Positions 25,487-34,686 of a stretch of DNA of 64,000 nucleotides are shown here, piece by piece (within the stretch, counting starts at the first letter, position 1; each line of letters starts with the position of its first letter). Source of the stretch: a virus; the IMG/VR virus record IMGVR_UViG_3300021364_000001, positions 1 to 64,000 of that record. The stretch is one strand, 5' to 3'. A program made the translations under genes and the position numbers. The notes under the pieces are model-generated. The model was given only the letters and a program-made list of their open reading frames with translations. It did no database searches and had not been told where the DNA came from.

Positions 25487-26184
25487 TGGGTTGTCGAGAC
25501 CCTCTTTCTGAAATTAACATTAAGAGCGATGCGATACCCACTAGTGGGAGATGATGATGCATGTAACACGTCACCATTAAATACAACCATCTTTCCACGC
25601 TCTGGTTCTACTCTCAACTGACATCTATGCTGGAAGATACTCATCTCGTCATTGAAGAAGATAGTATCACCATCACTCTTGTTCACATAATATAATGCTG
25701 TCACATGTTCATCTTCAAAGTCTACATGTGGACAGTGATGATCTAATTTGTCAGGTAGTAGGCAACCAAGACGGACGCGATAAATATCACGAAAATCTTG
25801 ACCAGCAGCATCAGCAATTAACCTCAACGCAGATTCAAATAGATCATAGTATTGTGAGACAGGTTCATAGTCCATCACCACAACATGTGAGAATGAACTA
25901 TTGTCAAACATACCTTGATATGGTCGATAACCACCATCAGCAAACGTGGTCTCTTTGACAAGATACCATGGAAACTGTTGTTGAGTAACTATATCCTCAA
26001 TCTGATCTACGATAACATCAGGGAGAGGATGTGTCGAACTCAATAACATATTGTTTGCGGTCGCTGGGTACGTCACGAGGATACATGCAAGGGATAGACA
26101 TAGACAATCGCTTACCACCTGGGAATGGTTTGTGATAAGTTCTTGCTGGAATATACATGACATCACCAGGTGACAGAGTGACAT
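25483..26184 (-). CDS. Putative Fe(II)/2OG oxygenase
   Basis: CPHVDF (HxD)...LYYVNKSDGDT...PERGKMVVFNGDVLHAS...RIALNVNF. True start is probably near MLLSSTHP (~26049). Confidence 0.85.
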   Translation of the reverse strand: MSLCHLVMSCIFQQELITNHSQVVSDCLCLSLACILVTYPATANNMLLSSTHPLPDVIVDQIEDIVTQQQFPWYLVKETTFADGGYRPYQGMFDNSSFSHVVVMDYEPVSQYYDLFESALRLIADAAGQDFRDIYRVRLGCLLPDKLDHHCPHVDFEDEHVTALYYVNKSDGDTIFFNDEMSIFQHRCQLRVEPERGKMVVFNGDVLHASSSPTSGYRIALNVNFRKRVSTTH

Positions 26185-26737
26185 CTAGGGCAATGTGTAA
26201 CTCTTGCCCTGCTTTGTCTGGGAGATATGGTTCATCTGTCATTTCGATCAGAGCACTACATCTCTCTTCAAATACATTCCAGTGAGTTTCACCATCAATC
26301 TGACAAATGAAGTTAGGTGGTAGATCCCAATGGGCACCAAATGACTTGCTACCTTCTTTGGCAGCACCAAATATATGTGCATCACAGTTACAGTCAAACA
26401 TATCCTCTATGTTATTGAGGAGATTATCTACTGCTGGATTGTAATGCCCATACTGCTCAATGATAAATGTATGTCCTTCATTGATTGCTTGGAATAGTTC
26501 ATGCTTATGGGGCACACCTTTCTCATACCATACTTCAAACTTCTCAGGCAATAGTAAACGACGACCCTCCATATTAAGGATCTGAGTTCTATAATACCAT
26601 GGATTATTGAAACAGTGCGTGACTGTATCCCAGTTTACATATTGTAGAGGATTATCTAAACAATTACGCCACACCATTGGTTTGTCACCACATTGGAAGA
26701 CGTTAGGATTCAAGAATGGCAGGATTAGTTTGTTCAT
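26018..26737 (-). CDS. JmjC/cupin-4-like oxygenase
   Basis: SFGAHWD...NFICQIDGETHW...LSPGDVMYIPARTYH...RLSMSI, the ROXA/JmjC-type layout. Confidence 0.85.
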   Translation of the reverse strand: MNKLILPFLNPNVFQCGDKPMVWRNCLDNPLQYVNWDTVTHCFNNPWYYRTQILNMEGRRLLLPEKFEVWYEKGVPHKHELFQAINEGHTFIIEQYGHYNPAVDNLLNNIEDMFDCNCDAHIFGAAKEGSKSFGAHWDLPPNFICQIDGETHWNVFEERCSALIEMTDEPYLPDKAGQELHIALDVTLSPGDVMYIPARTYHKPFPGGKRLSMSIPCMYPRDVPSDRKQYVIEFDTSSP

Positions 26738-27399
26738 TTAACTTCCAGAAAATCACCCTCTGTGGGATCTAATGGATACCCAGAGATATTTACACTGATA
26801 GCAATACGTTCTTGCTTGTGATATGGCAGAGTACGATGTCTCAACCATGATGGGAAGATAAGATAATCAAATGTCTGAGTATCTACTGTATAAAAGTCAT
26901 ACAATTCACCCTCATCTGACCTACTCCAATCATCATATTCTTTGTCTAGTGGACACATCCTATGAATCTGTTGTAGTGGATTCTCAAACTGAATCTGTCC
27001 ACCATTTAATTCTTTCTGCAAATAATATACACAGGACACATGTGACTTGCTACGTCCACCACCAATGTGAGCATGTAGACCAGTAGTGTCACCACTGCTA
27101 TGACGATTTGCCCACATTGATTCAATGTAGAGATGGAAATCTTTACGATAACGTACAGTATTATTCCAGTAATCTCTTACAGCATGTAGCAGAGGATGTG
27201 TCAACCAATCAAACAATGGGTTATCAAATAGTTCTGCTCCACCATCAAGTTCTGATGTAGATTTACCAGACTCTAATGCCCACCCACCATTACACTGATC
27301 AAATGCATCAGTGAGAAAACCATAGGTAGCATTAAATTCTTGGTCAGATGGAACTATCGTCCCCTGCTTTACTGGTGTAGGAAATAGCAGATGATTCAT
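26734..27399 (-). CDS. Putative Fe(II)/2OG oxygenase (TIGR02466-like)
   Basis: LFPTPV...MWAN...GLHAH...VSCVYYL...YLIFPSWLRHRT...RIAISVN. Confidence 0.85.
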   Translation of the reverse strand: MNHLLFPTPVKQGTIVPSDQEFNATYGFLTDAFDQCNGGWALESGKSTSELDGGAELFDNPLFDWLTHPLLHAVRDYWNNTVRYRKDFHLYIESMWANRHSSGDTTGLHAHIGGGRSKSHVSCVYYLQKELNGGQIQFENPLQQIHRMCPLDKEYDDWSRSDEGELYDFYTVDTQTFDYLIFPSWLRHRTLPYHKQERIAISVNISGYPLDPTEGDFLEVK

Positions 27400-28057
27400 T
27401 TTGTTTAATAATATCGAGCATGTTTTGCTTGTTCCTCACAGGAATGAAGTTGAACGAGATACTGATACGTTCGTCCTCAGTTTCATTCTCTCTAACACCA
27501 TGGGCAACCCAAGCAGGGAACAAGAACAGTCTACCAGCAATGGGTGGATATGACCACGTTGAGTGTGTATGTGGCACCTCTGCTGTACTCATGTCCTCAG
27601 ATGTGCCAATAGAATGCACTAAGAATCCCTCAGATGCATCCTTGTGGAATGTAAGTCTTCCACACTCACCTTCGGGAACTTTAACATAGAATGCACCAGA
27701 CATTACAGCACCAGGGTGAGTGTGAACCTCATTATATCCACCCTGTCCATTGATATTCATCCAAGCATTTGCATACTCAATAGTTGTATGGCATGAACCA
27801 TAACTACCGAATGCTTCTGTTGCCTTTGCTTTGATTTGTTGCAGCAGTTTCTTAAACTCATCCCCATCAAGTTCTTCGTCTTTGAGGATTTGCTCACCCA
27901 TAAAATCAGGGGACTGATAGTTCAGTAACCCCCGATTGCTTCGCGCTTTACCTTCCATGGTGTTCGCAATGTTATACACAATGCGTTCCATTTCTTGTAG
28001 ATCAATGTCAAGATCAACCCACCACACTGGGGTGGGAAAGATATAGTCAAGGTTCAT
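27344..28057 (-). CDS. Putative Fe(II)/2OG oxygenase (TIGR02466-like)
   Basis: IFPTPV...AWMNIN..GGYNEVHTHPGAVMSGAFYV...GRLFLFPAWVAHGV..N...RISISFN. Confidence 0.9.
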   Translation of the reverse strand: MNLDYIFPTPVWWVDLDIDLQEMERIVYNIANTMEGKARSNRGLLNYQSPDFMGEQILKDEELDGDEFKKLLQQIKAKATEAFGSYGSCHTTIEYANAWMNINGQGGYNEVHTHPGAVMSGAFYVKVPEGECGRLTFHKDASEGFLVHSIGTSEDMSTAEVPHTHSTWSYPPIAGRLFLFPAWVAHGVRENETEDERISISFNFIPVRNKQNMLDIIKQNESSAISYTSKAGDDSSI

Positions 28058-28482
28058 TACTTAACTTTGTTCAGAGTGGCATCAGTTTCGGACTGATCTG
28101 ATTCCCAGTCAGTATACTTTTCGTATCCAGGACGAGTACGAACCTTGATCCTCTTCTTCTCTTGAATCTCTGCTTCGATCCAAGGTTGTGCTTCTTCTTT
28201 GAGCACCAGAGTACGATACAGGTTAATAGTTTCCAGACCACCTTCAAGTTTAACCAGTTGATCACGCATTTCATTCATTTTGGTGAAATCAACACGAGTC
28301 TCTGTCTGGTCAAATGCCATAGCAGAAACTGACTCTTGCAGTGCAGTATAAGATGCAATCTGCTCACGATGTTGATAGATCAGATTTCTCCACAGATCAT
28401 CCAGAGTCTTTACTGCTTCTTCTGCACTATCAACTTGAACAATAGTTTCAGGTACTTCCTGTTCAAGAATTTCCTCAGACAT
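28057..28482 (-). CDS. Hypothetical helical protein
   Basis: 141-aa ORF between the halogenase and the oxygenase genes. Confidence 0.8.
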   Translation of the reverse strand: MSEEILEQEVPETIVQVDSAEEAVKTLDDLWRNLIYQHREQIASYTALQESVSAMAFDQTETRVDFTKMNEMRDQLVKLEGGLETINLYRTLVLKEEAQPWIEAEIQEKKRIKVRTRPGYEKYTDWESDQSETDATLNKVK

Positions 28483-28484
28483 AA

Positions 28485-30074
28485 TTACTCCTTGTAAATT
28501 GTTTCTTTTGTGAACTCGTAGGTTGACGGTAGACCACTACACCAATCATACATCTCAGCATTCCATTCGTCAAATCGAATTTCTGCTGTATCTATCTCTT
28601 GTTGATCATGAACAGGTGACAGATTATTTTGTAAGCGTTTAAGTGTCAGTGTATGCTTATTTATAGGATTGAATCCCATGCCTGCTGCAATATATCGCAG
28701 ACCATCATTATGTGCAGGATCACCTGCAAATTCATAGATCACATGTTTCTCAGAGGCATATCTCATGAAGAGATTATCTAATGCACCAGTGGAGAAATCA
28801 TACTGTATATGATCAGCAACTTCTAACCAGTATGGTGTATCACGAGAGGAGAATGCATAGTGTGCAGCAATGAAGTTCTTGAATCCCTCAATTTCTAAGT
28901 CACACACTAAGTTTAGCATATCAACTTCAACACGAGGAACAAACCCATCACGACCTGCAAGATTATTACACAATCGTAGAATCTGTTCGTGTGTAGTGAG
29001 TAGACCAGTTGCTTCTAATGGTTCAACAAAACAATTAGATAGTCCTACTGCACATACATTCTTCTCCCATGATTTAGTATGCTTACCATTTCTAAATGGC
29101 ACATGCTTGAATGATCCTATATTATCAGCACGTTTGATACCTCGTGTGCGAGCAACATAGGCATGTAGATCTTCCTCTGCTTTCTCCTTAGATGAGAAAT
29201 CAGATGAGTACACATATCCACAACCAGATCTCTCCCACAGTGGAACATCCCAGACCCAACCATTCTCAATGGCAGTACAGTTAGTGCTATTAACTATTTC
29301 TTTTTCTGGATCTTCGTGTGGTACATGACATGTTACTGCACTATCATTGAGTAGACAACCACCATCATTTACATGGAATGATTCAAATGGTACGCCCATG
29401 AATTGTTCAAGCAGCAGTGACTTGAACCCTGTGCAGTCAATGTATAGATCATACTCTAATCGTTGACCTTCATCAGTCAACAACGCTTTAATATGACCCC
29501 TATCATCCTTCTCGCAATCAACTACATTGCCTTGCATGTAGTTTAGACCAGGACAATAGTTATTCTTCAACCATTGACCAAACTTAACTGCATCCATGTG
29601 GTATGCAGTATCACCACCAAAGTTAATCCTATCAGGATCGTTAGTAAGTTTATTGTAGTGAGCAAGTTGACCAATAATGTTATGACATCTCGCAAATGTA
29701 TTGCGAGTAAACTTCTCTGGTTTTTGAAGATTGAGAGCAAACCATGACATCCAACCATGTGGACATAGTTCCAGTCTCTCCATGGCATCGCCAAAAGGAT
29801 AGTCCCAGGTCTCTTCTTTCTTGTAGAAGTCATTGAATCTAATGTTGACCTTATATGTGGATCCTGTGTCTTTCATCCACATATGATCTTCAAGACCAAT
29901 CGCCTCAAAGAAGTCATTAATTTGTCCCAGTGTAGATTCACCTACACCAATGATGGGATAGTTCTTAGACTCAATTAGTGATGTTTTAATATGAGGGCAA
30001 AGTTTCAAAAGGGCGGCAGCGGTCATCCAACCAGCAGTGCCGCCCCCTACGATGAGGACATTACGAATGTGCAT
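28485..30074 (-). CDS. prnA: Flavin-dependent (tryptophan halogenase-family) halogenase
   Basis: IVGGGTAGW (FAD binding), IGVGEST, TYKVNIRF (catalytic Lys position), GWVWDVPL (WxWxIP), FVEPLEATG. Confidence 0.9.
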   Translation of the reverse strand: MHIRNVLIVGGGTAGWMTAAALLKLCPHIKTSLIESKNYPIIGVGESTLGQINDFFEAIGLEDHMWMKDTGSTYKVNIRFNDFYKKEETWDYPFGDAMERLELCPHGWMSWFALNLQKPEKFTRNTFARCHNIIGQLAHYNKLTNDPDRINFGGDTAYHMDAVKFGQWLKNNYCPGLNYMQGNVVDCEKDDRGHIKALLTDEGQRLEYDLYIDCTGFKSLLLEQFMGVPFESFHVNDGGCLLNDSAVTCHVPHEDPEKEIVNSTNCTAIENGWVWDVPLWERSGCGYVYSSDFSSKEKAEEDLHAYVARTRGIKRADNIGSFKHVPFRNGKHTKSWEKNVCAVGLSNCFVEPLEATGLLTTHEQILRLCNNLAGRDGFVPRVEVDMLNLVCDLEIEGFKNFIAAHYAFSSRDTPYWLEVADHIQYDFSTGALDNLFMRYASEKHVIYEFAGDPAHNDGLRYIAAGMGFNPINKHTLTLKRLQNNLSPVHDQQEIDTAEIRFDEWNAEMYDWCSGLPSTYEFTKETIYKE

Positions 30075-30081
30075 ACTTTAA

Positions 30082-30621
30082 TCAAGCATCAGGGGCAGGT
30101 TGTTGTGCTTCGGGTGCGTACTTACCAATCTTAAACTCTTTCTGAGTTGCATCATCGAACTGCTCAGGTCCCCACCATGCGGGCATATCTTCACTGTGTG
30201 GGAATGGTTCGTTAGGAAGAACTTTCTGCTTGACAATAGTAGTCTCACCAGTCATTTCGTCAGTCACCTCAACTTCTTCATATTGAATGGGAGGTTGATT
30301 GTCTTTGACGCCCTTAACATGCTGGTAGAACTTACCTTCTTTTGCTGCTTCACCAAACAAACCAGCATCAATGTCCTTATAGAGCATAGAAAGTTGCTCA
30401 CCAGGATCACCATATGCTACCACACGCAGCATCTCAGGATCGTGGAATTCAAAGTCAGGAATCCACTCACCGAGTTCTAATTTCCAGTCGATAGTAGCAT
30501 CGTCAGGAATATCCATCCAACGAAGACCTGCACCAGGTCCTGTATAGACTTCAAATTCTTCACCTGCTTCGACAATATCTGTGATAAATCCGTCAGCGCG
30601 GACTAATGCTCTTTGTCCCAT
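30082..30621 (-). CDS. Tail-fibre-associated hypothetical protein
   Basis: 179-aa ORF immediately after the Gly-rich fibre genes. Confidence 0.75.
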   Translation of the reverse strand: MGQRALVRADGFITDIVEAGEEFEVYTGPGAGLRWMDIPDDATIDWKLELGEWIPDFEFHDPEMLRVVAYGDPGEQLSMLYKDIDAGLFGEAAKEGKFYQHVKGVKDNQPPIQYEEVEVTDEMTGETTIVKQKVLPNEPFPHSEDMPAWWGPEQFDDATQKEFKIGKYAPEAQQPAPDA

Positions 30622-30625
30622 TGGT

Positions 30626-31426
30626 TTAATCGAATTCGTAAACTACAACAATACCCTGGCGACCGTCACCACCACGCTCGGAGTTACGACCAGAGGAACC
30701 ACCAGCACCGTAGGCAGCGTGCGCTCTGTGTCGCTGCGCCCACTGTTGCTGACGGTGTGATGTGGGCGAAGAACCACCCCAGAAGGATGTGCCACCGTGA
30801 CCCAGACCAGGAGGGTTTCTATGACCCTGTGAAGAACCACCATAGATTCTAACAGAACCTTGGGAAGGATTACCACCCGTGGATCCATCATGCTGTTGTC
30901 TACGGTTTGCACCCTGTCCACCACCAGATGAACAATAGTTACCAAAGGAAGAAGTGCCGCCATTGCCAGCACGACCAGAATAACCAGTACCACTACCAAC
31001 ACCACCAACAGTAACAGAAATACTATTGATGTTTTCTACATTAACGATGGTTTCAGTGTGAGCACCAGCAGCGCCAGACTCACCATAACCTGATCCACCG
31101 CCGCCGCCACCAGTACACTTCACCCAGATACGCTTAATGCCACTGGGTTTGTTCCAGGTTCCGTTACCAGTATACACGGAAATAGACTTAGGTCCACCAC
31201 CAGAGGGGATAGATGCCCAAGACATTGTACTGCCGTTTGTTGACAGATACTTACCTGATTGTCCAGATACTGATGGGATAACCTGTGCAGAACTACCAGA
31301 GATGGTTCCATTAATGTTGATGTTAGAAACGGTAAGAGTACCGTTCACAGTAATAGAACCAGAACTGAGGTTAAGACCACCAGAACCAGACAGGTCTCTA
31401 ATAGAGGATACTTTTAGGGTACTCAT
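30626..31426 (-). CDS. Gly-rich tail fibre/adhesin-like protein, paralog 1
   Basis: MSTLKVSSI N-terminus, SGQSGKYLSTNG linker, W.KPSG.K.I.V...GGGGGG...GIVVVYEF Gly-rich domain. Confidence 0.85.
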   Translation of the reverse strand: MSTLKVSSIRDLSGSGGLNLSSGSITVNGTLTVSNININGTISGSSAQVIPSVSGQSGKYLSTNGSTMSWASIPSGGGPKSISVYTGNGTWNKPSGIKRIWVKCTGGGGGGSGYGESGAAGAHTETIVNVENINSISVTVGGVGSGTGYSGRAGNGGTSSFGNYCSSGGGQGANRRQQHDGSTGGNPSQGSVRIYGGSSQGHRNPPGLGHGGTSFWGGSSPTSHRQQQWAQRHRAHAAYGAGGSSGRNSERGGDGRQGIVVVYEFD

Positions 31427-31457
31427 TGATTACTTGTCTCCTTCGTTGTTATTTATA

Positions 31458-32261
31458 TCAAATGAATTCGTAGACTACGATGATGCCTACACGACCATCT
31501 CCACCACGTTCTCTGTATCTAGCAGATGATCCACCAGCACCATAAGCAGCGTGTCCTCTATGACGTTGTGCCCATTGTTGCTGTCTATGAGATGTAGGAG
31601 ATGATCCACCCCAATAAGAGTGACCGCCATGACCCAGACCAGGAGGATTGCGGTGACCCTGAGAAGATCCACCATAGATTCTAACAGAACCTTGATTAGG
31701 ATTACCGCCAGTAGCACCTTCATGCTGCTGACGACGGTTTGCACCCTGTCCACCACCTGAGGAGCAATAGTTACCGAAGGAAGATGTTCCTCCATTGCCA
31801 GCACGACCAGAGTAGTTAGTACCACCACCACCGCCACCAACAGTAACGGAGATGGAATTGATATTTGCTACGTCTACAAATGTCTCAGTGTGAGCACCAG
31901 CGGCACCAGATTCTCCATAACCTGATCCACCACCACCTCCACCAGTACACTTCACCCAGATACGTTTTACGCCACTAGGTTTGTTCCAAGTAGAGTTACC
32001 ATTATATACAGAGATCGAGTTAGGAATACCAAGGTTAGTTGCATTCGCTTGCCACGAAATAGTGGATCCATTGGTATACAAGTATCTACCAGAGTTACCA
32101 CTCTGATTAGGAATAATATAACCAGAAGAACCAGTAAGTGTACCATTGATTACGATGTTAGTAACCGTAAGAGTACCATTAGCAGTGATCTGTCCGTTTG
32201 AGAAGGACATACCACCCTGATTATTCAGGTCCTTAACTTGTGCAACATTAAGTCTGGTCAT
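31458..32261 (-). CDS. Gly-rich tail fibre/adhesin-like protein, paralog 2
   Basis: Same architecture; C-terminal ~170 aa nearly identical to paralog 1. Confidence 0.85.
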   Translation of the reverse strand: MTRLNVAQVKDLNNQGGMSFSNGQITANGTLTVTNIVINGTLTGSSGYIIPNQSGNSGRYLYTNGSTISWQANATNLGIPNSISVYNGNSTWNKPSGVKRIWVKCTGGGGGGSGYGESGAAGAHTETFVDVANINSISVTVGGGGGGTNYSGRAGNGGTSSFGNYCSSGGGQGANRRQQHEGATGGNPNQGSVRIYGGSSQGHRNPPGLGHGGHSYWGGSSPTSHRQQQWAQRHRGHAAYGAGGSSARYRERGGDGRVGIIVVYEFI

Positions 32262-32281
32262 TGTTAGAGGATCTTTCTTTG

Positions 32282-32289
32282 TATTTATT
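32282..32289 (-). promoter_or_regulatory. Late promoter AATAAATA
   Basis: Plus strand tatttatt, about 20 nt upstream of the 32261 start. Confidence 0.7.
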
Positions 32290-32857
32290 CAGCGACAGGT
32301 CTTGTCTCACCATCTTCTAGATATTTCTGATGAGACTCCCACTCGTCGTCAGTGGGATAATAACCAGGAAGGTAGATCATCTTATTTATGTCACTACGTT
32401 CCATTCTTTCCATGGTCTCAGCAGTATCAGTATTTGCTGCCATGATAACAATTTCAACTGTTTTCTCAGCAGTAGTACCACCTTCTGTAAACCAGAATGT
32501 AGCAGTATATCTATTGTTTTCACCAAGATCTTCTCTACCATCTCCTTTATAGAAACCAGAGATAGTATACTCTTCAAAGATCTTTTGATCTGATTTGATC
32601 GGACCTTGCAATTCAACAGAGCAAACAGGTTGCTTAGTTGCTTTACATGTGATGTTCACCCCATATGATAAATCATCATACTCAGTGAATGTTGCACCGT
32701 TGCTGCCATTCTTAACAGCACCAAATGCACAGATTAAATCAGGGAAATGAAATACTGTTCGTGAGATAAAAATTGTACCTTTATCGCAATCAAAGATACA
32801 ATTAAATCTGTTAAATCTATCTGTATGAGTGATAGTGTCTCTATCAGGAATGTTCAT
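32285..32857 (-). CDS. Hypothetical protein
   Basis: 190-aa ORF, ATGA overlap. Confidence 0.75.
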   Translation of the reverse strand: MNIPDRDTITHTDRFNRFNCIFDCDKGTIFISRTVFHFPDLICAFGAVKNGSNGATFTEYDDLSYGVNITCKATKQPVCSVELQGPIKSDQKIFEEYTISGFYKGDGREDLGENNRYTATFWFTEGGTTAEKTVEIVIMAANTDTAETMERMERSDINKMIYLPGYYPTDDEWESHQKYLEDGETRPVAE

Positions 32858-33798
32858 GATTGTCTCTCATAACCAATTACAATTCGACCAGTGCCACCAT
32901 TTCTGTTTCCAGCATTATTTCTAAATGGGTGACTACTTTCTGCCACTGTACCATAGTTTCCTGCTTGTGTCCTACTGCTAGCAGCAACACCACTAACGTG
33001 GTTTGAACCGCCCCCGCCACCACCAGCGCCATGACAATCACAACCAGGGTCACCACCAAGGTTTCCACCTCGGTATCCCCCGCCACCACCACCGCCGCCA
33101 GAGCGGTCGCCACCAGGGCGTCCATTATTACCCACACCACCATTCGCCTGAGCACAGCAAGCGCCACCACCAGCACCACAGGATCCACCCTGTCCGTTCT
33201 GGTTTCCAGCGCCTCCCTGTCCAGCACCGCCACAACCTTCGCGACCACCGCCGCCTCCGCCGCCACCAGCGACTAACCAGATGTTGCCATAAGCGCGTGA
33301 TCCATTGTAGACCACACTACCAGCACCACCACCACCGCCGCCAGCAGAGCAACCACGACAGGCAGCATAGCGTCCCTGTCCACCATTGCACCACGATGAT
33401 CCATTACTACCTCTACCACCAGCACCCCAGCAACCGTGGCAACCAGAACCGTTACCACCACCGCCACCGACGTTAGTATAGAGAGTTGTGCCAGATGTTA
33501 CTGCCTCAAATTCACCATAGGCAAAACCACCTGAACCACCGCCAGCACCACTTTGACCGCCGTTACCACCAGCACCACCCCATGCCCAGATGTATAGGGT
33601 TCCCTGACCATCACCAGTAACATCTTGCACACTAAATGTACTAGATCCTGCGGATTGCCAAGTATGAATTGTTAGAGGAATACCAGTGTCAGGATGATTA
33701 GCAGTAGTTACACTTCCACCACTAGCAGTGACAAATGCTTTGCTAGATCCTGCACCACCAGAACCGAGGGCATTAACTTTGTTTGCTCCAATAGGCAT
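32854..33798 (-). CDS. Gly/Cys-rich tail fibre/adhesin-like protein
   Basis: Poly-Gly runs (WGGAGG, GGGGGNG, AGGGGGGGG) with interspersed Cys clusters; C-terminal GGTGRIVI. Confidence 0.8.
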   Translation of the reverse strand: MPIGANKVNALGSGGAGSSKAFVTASGGSVTTANHPDTGIPLTIHTWQSAGSSTFSVQDVTGDGQGTLYIWAWGGAGGNGGQSGAGGGSGGFAYGEFEAVTSGTTLYTNVGGGGGNGSGCHGCWGAGGRGSNGSSWCNGGQGRYAACRGCSAGGGGGGAGSVVYNGSRAYGNIWLVAGGGGGGGGREGCGGAGQGGAGNQNGQGGSCGAGGGACCAQANGGVGNNGRPGGDRSGGGGGGGGYRGGNLGGDPGCDCHGAGGGGGGSNHVSGVAASSRTQAGNYGTVAESSHPFRNNAGNRNGGTGRIVIGYERQS

Positions 33799-33800
33799 GA

Positions 33801-34667
33801 TTAAGCAGAGTAATTAGTAATTGTTACGAAGCAGTACCAGGTAGAACCATTGAGGTAGAACATCATCTGATAACCATCCCAACCACTACCAGGTGTCAAG
33901 TCATTGACGTTATAAAGAACTTGGGCAGTTGAACCATTAACTCTCACAGATGTAATAGCACCATTACCATTAACCTGCTCAATCATCACAGATGCAGCAT
34001 ACATAACGCCACCTTCCTCAGGGACGTTCTGAAAATTAACTGTGATGTTACCGTTATAGTTTGTTGGGTTATTAGTCGAGAATACTGATGCCAGTGAGTG
34101 ATCAAGGTTTACTACACTTGACTTAGCAAAAGAAACATGTCTTTCTTTTGTTTGTCCAAATTCAAATGTAGCACCTGGGATCATTCTCAGGTGATTGTTG
34201 ACAGCAATGTTATCGAAATATCTATACGCTGACAGATCTTCGTCAGCACCAATCAGTGTCCATGTTGCACCATTCTCAATGGTAACTGTATAACCATTAG
34301 AGATGGTAATCGGAGCAGCAGAGAAACCGTTGCTAAACTCTACACCACCATTAGCACTAGGACCAACGATAATGTTCTCGCTAATCGTAGTTCCATTAGT
34401 TCTGATAATAGAATCATCACCAACGGAAGGACCACCACCACCAACATCATCCCAACCAGGTGTACCAGGTCCCGCTACATCAGGAAGATAACCTTGGAAA
34501 ATTCCTTCGGTAGTATTGAATACGATAGTTCCAAGGGGAACTGTACCCAATGCATTGATTTGCGTCTGGTTGAGAGTAGGCAGATTGACTTGCTCTGTAA
34601 CTTGCAGAGCGGTAATAACTGCTCTGGTTACAGCATCAATCTGATTGCCTATAATTTTGGTGGTCAT
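33801..34667 (-). CDS. Tail fibre/structural protein
   Basis: GGGGPSVGDDSIIRTN...ISENI...AAPITISNGYTVTIENGATWT motif typical of cyanophage fibre proteins. Confidence 0.8.
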   Translation of the reverse strand: MTTKIIGNQIDAVTRAVITALQVTEQVNLPTLNQTQINALGTVPLGTIVFNTTEGIFQGYLPDVAGPGTPGWDDVGGGGPSVGDDSIIRTNGTTISENIIVGPSANGGVEFSNGFSAAPITISNGYTVTIENGATWTLIGADEDLSAYRYFDNIAVNNHLRMIPGATFEFGQTKERHVSFAKSSVVNLDHSLASVFSTNNPTNYNGNITVNFQNVPEEGGVMYAASVMIEQVNGNGAITSVRVNGSTAQVLYNVNDLTPGSGWDGYQMMFYLNGSTWYCFVTITNYSA

Positions 34668-34686
34668 TTATTTTATTCGGAAGGTT

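Noticed and set aside
30626-32261. Diversity-generating retroelement (template/variable repeat) explanation for the paralogous fibre tips
   Set aside because: Both copies are intact genes, the differences are mostly synonymous and not adenine-specific, and no reverse transcriptase is in the window.
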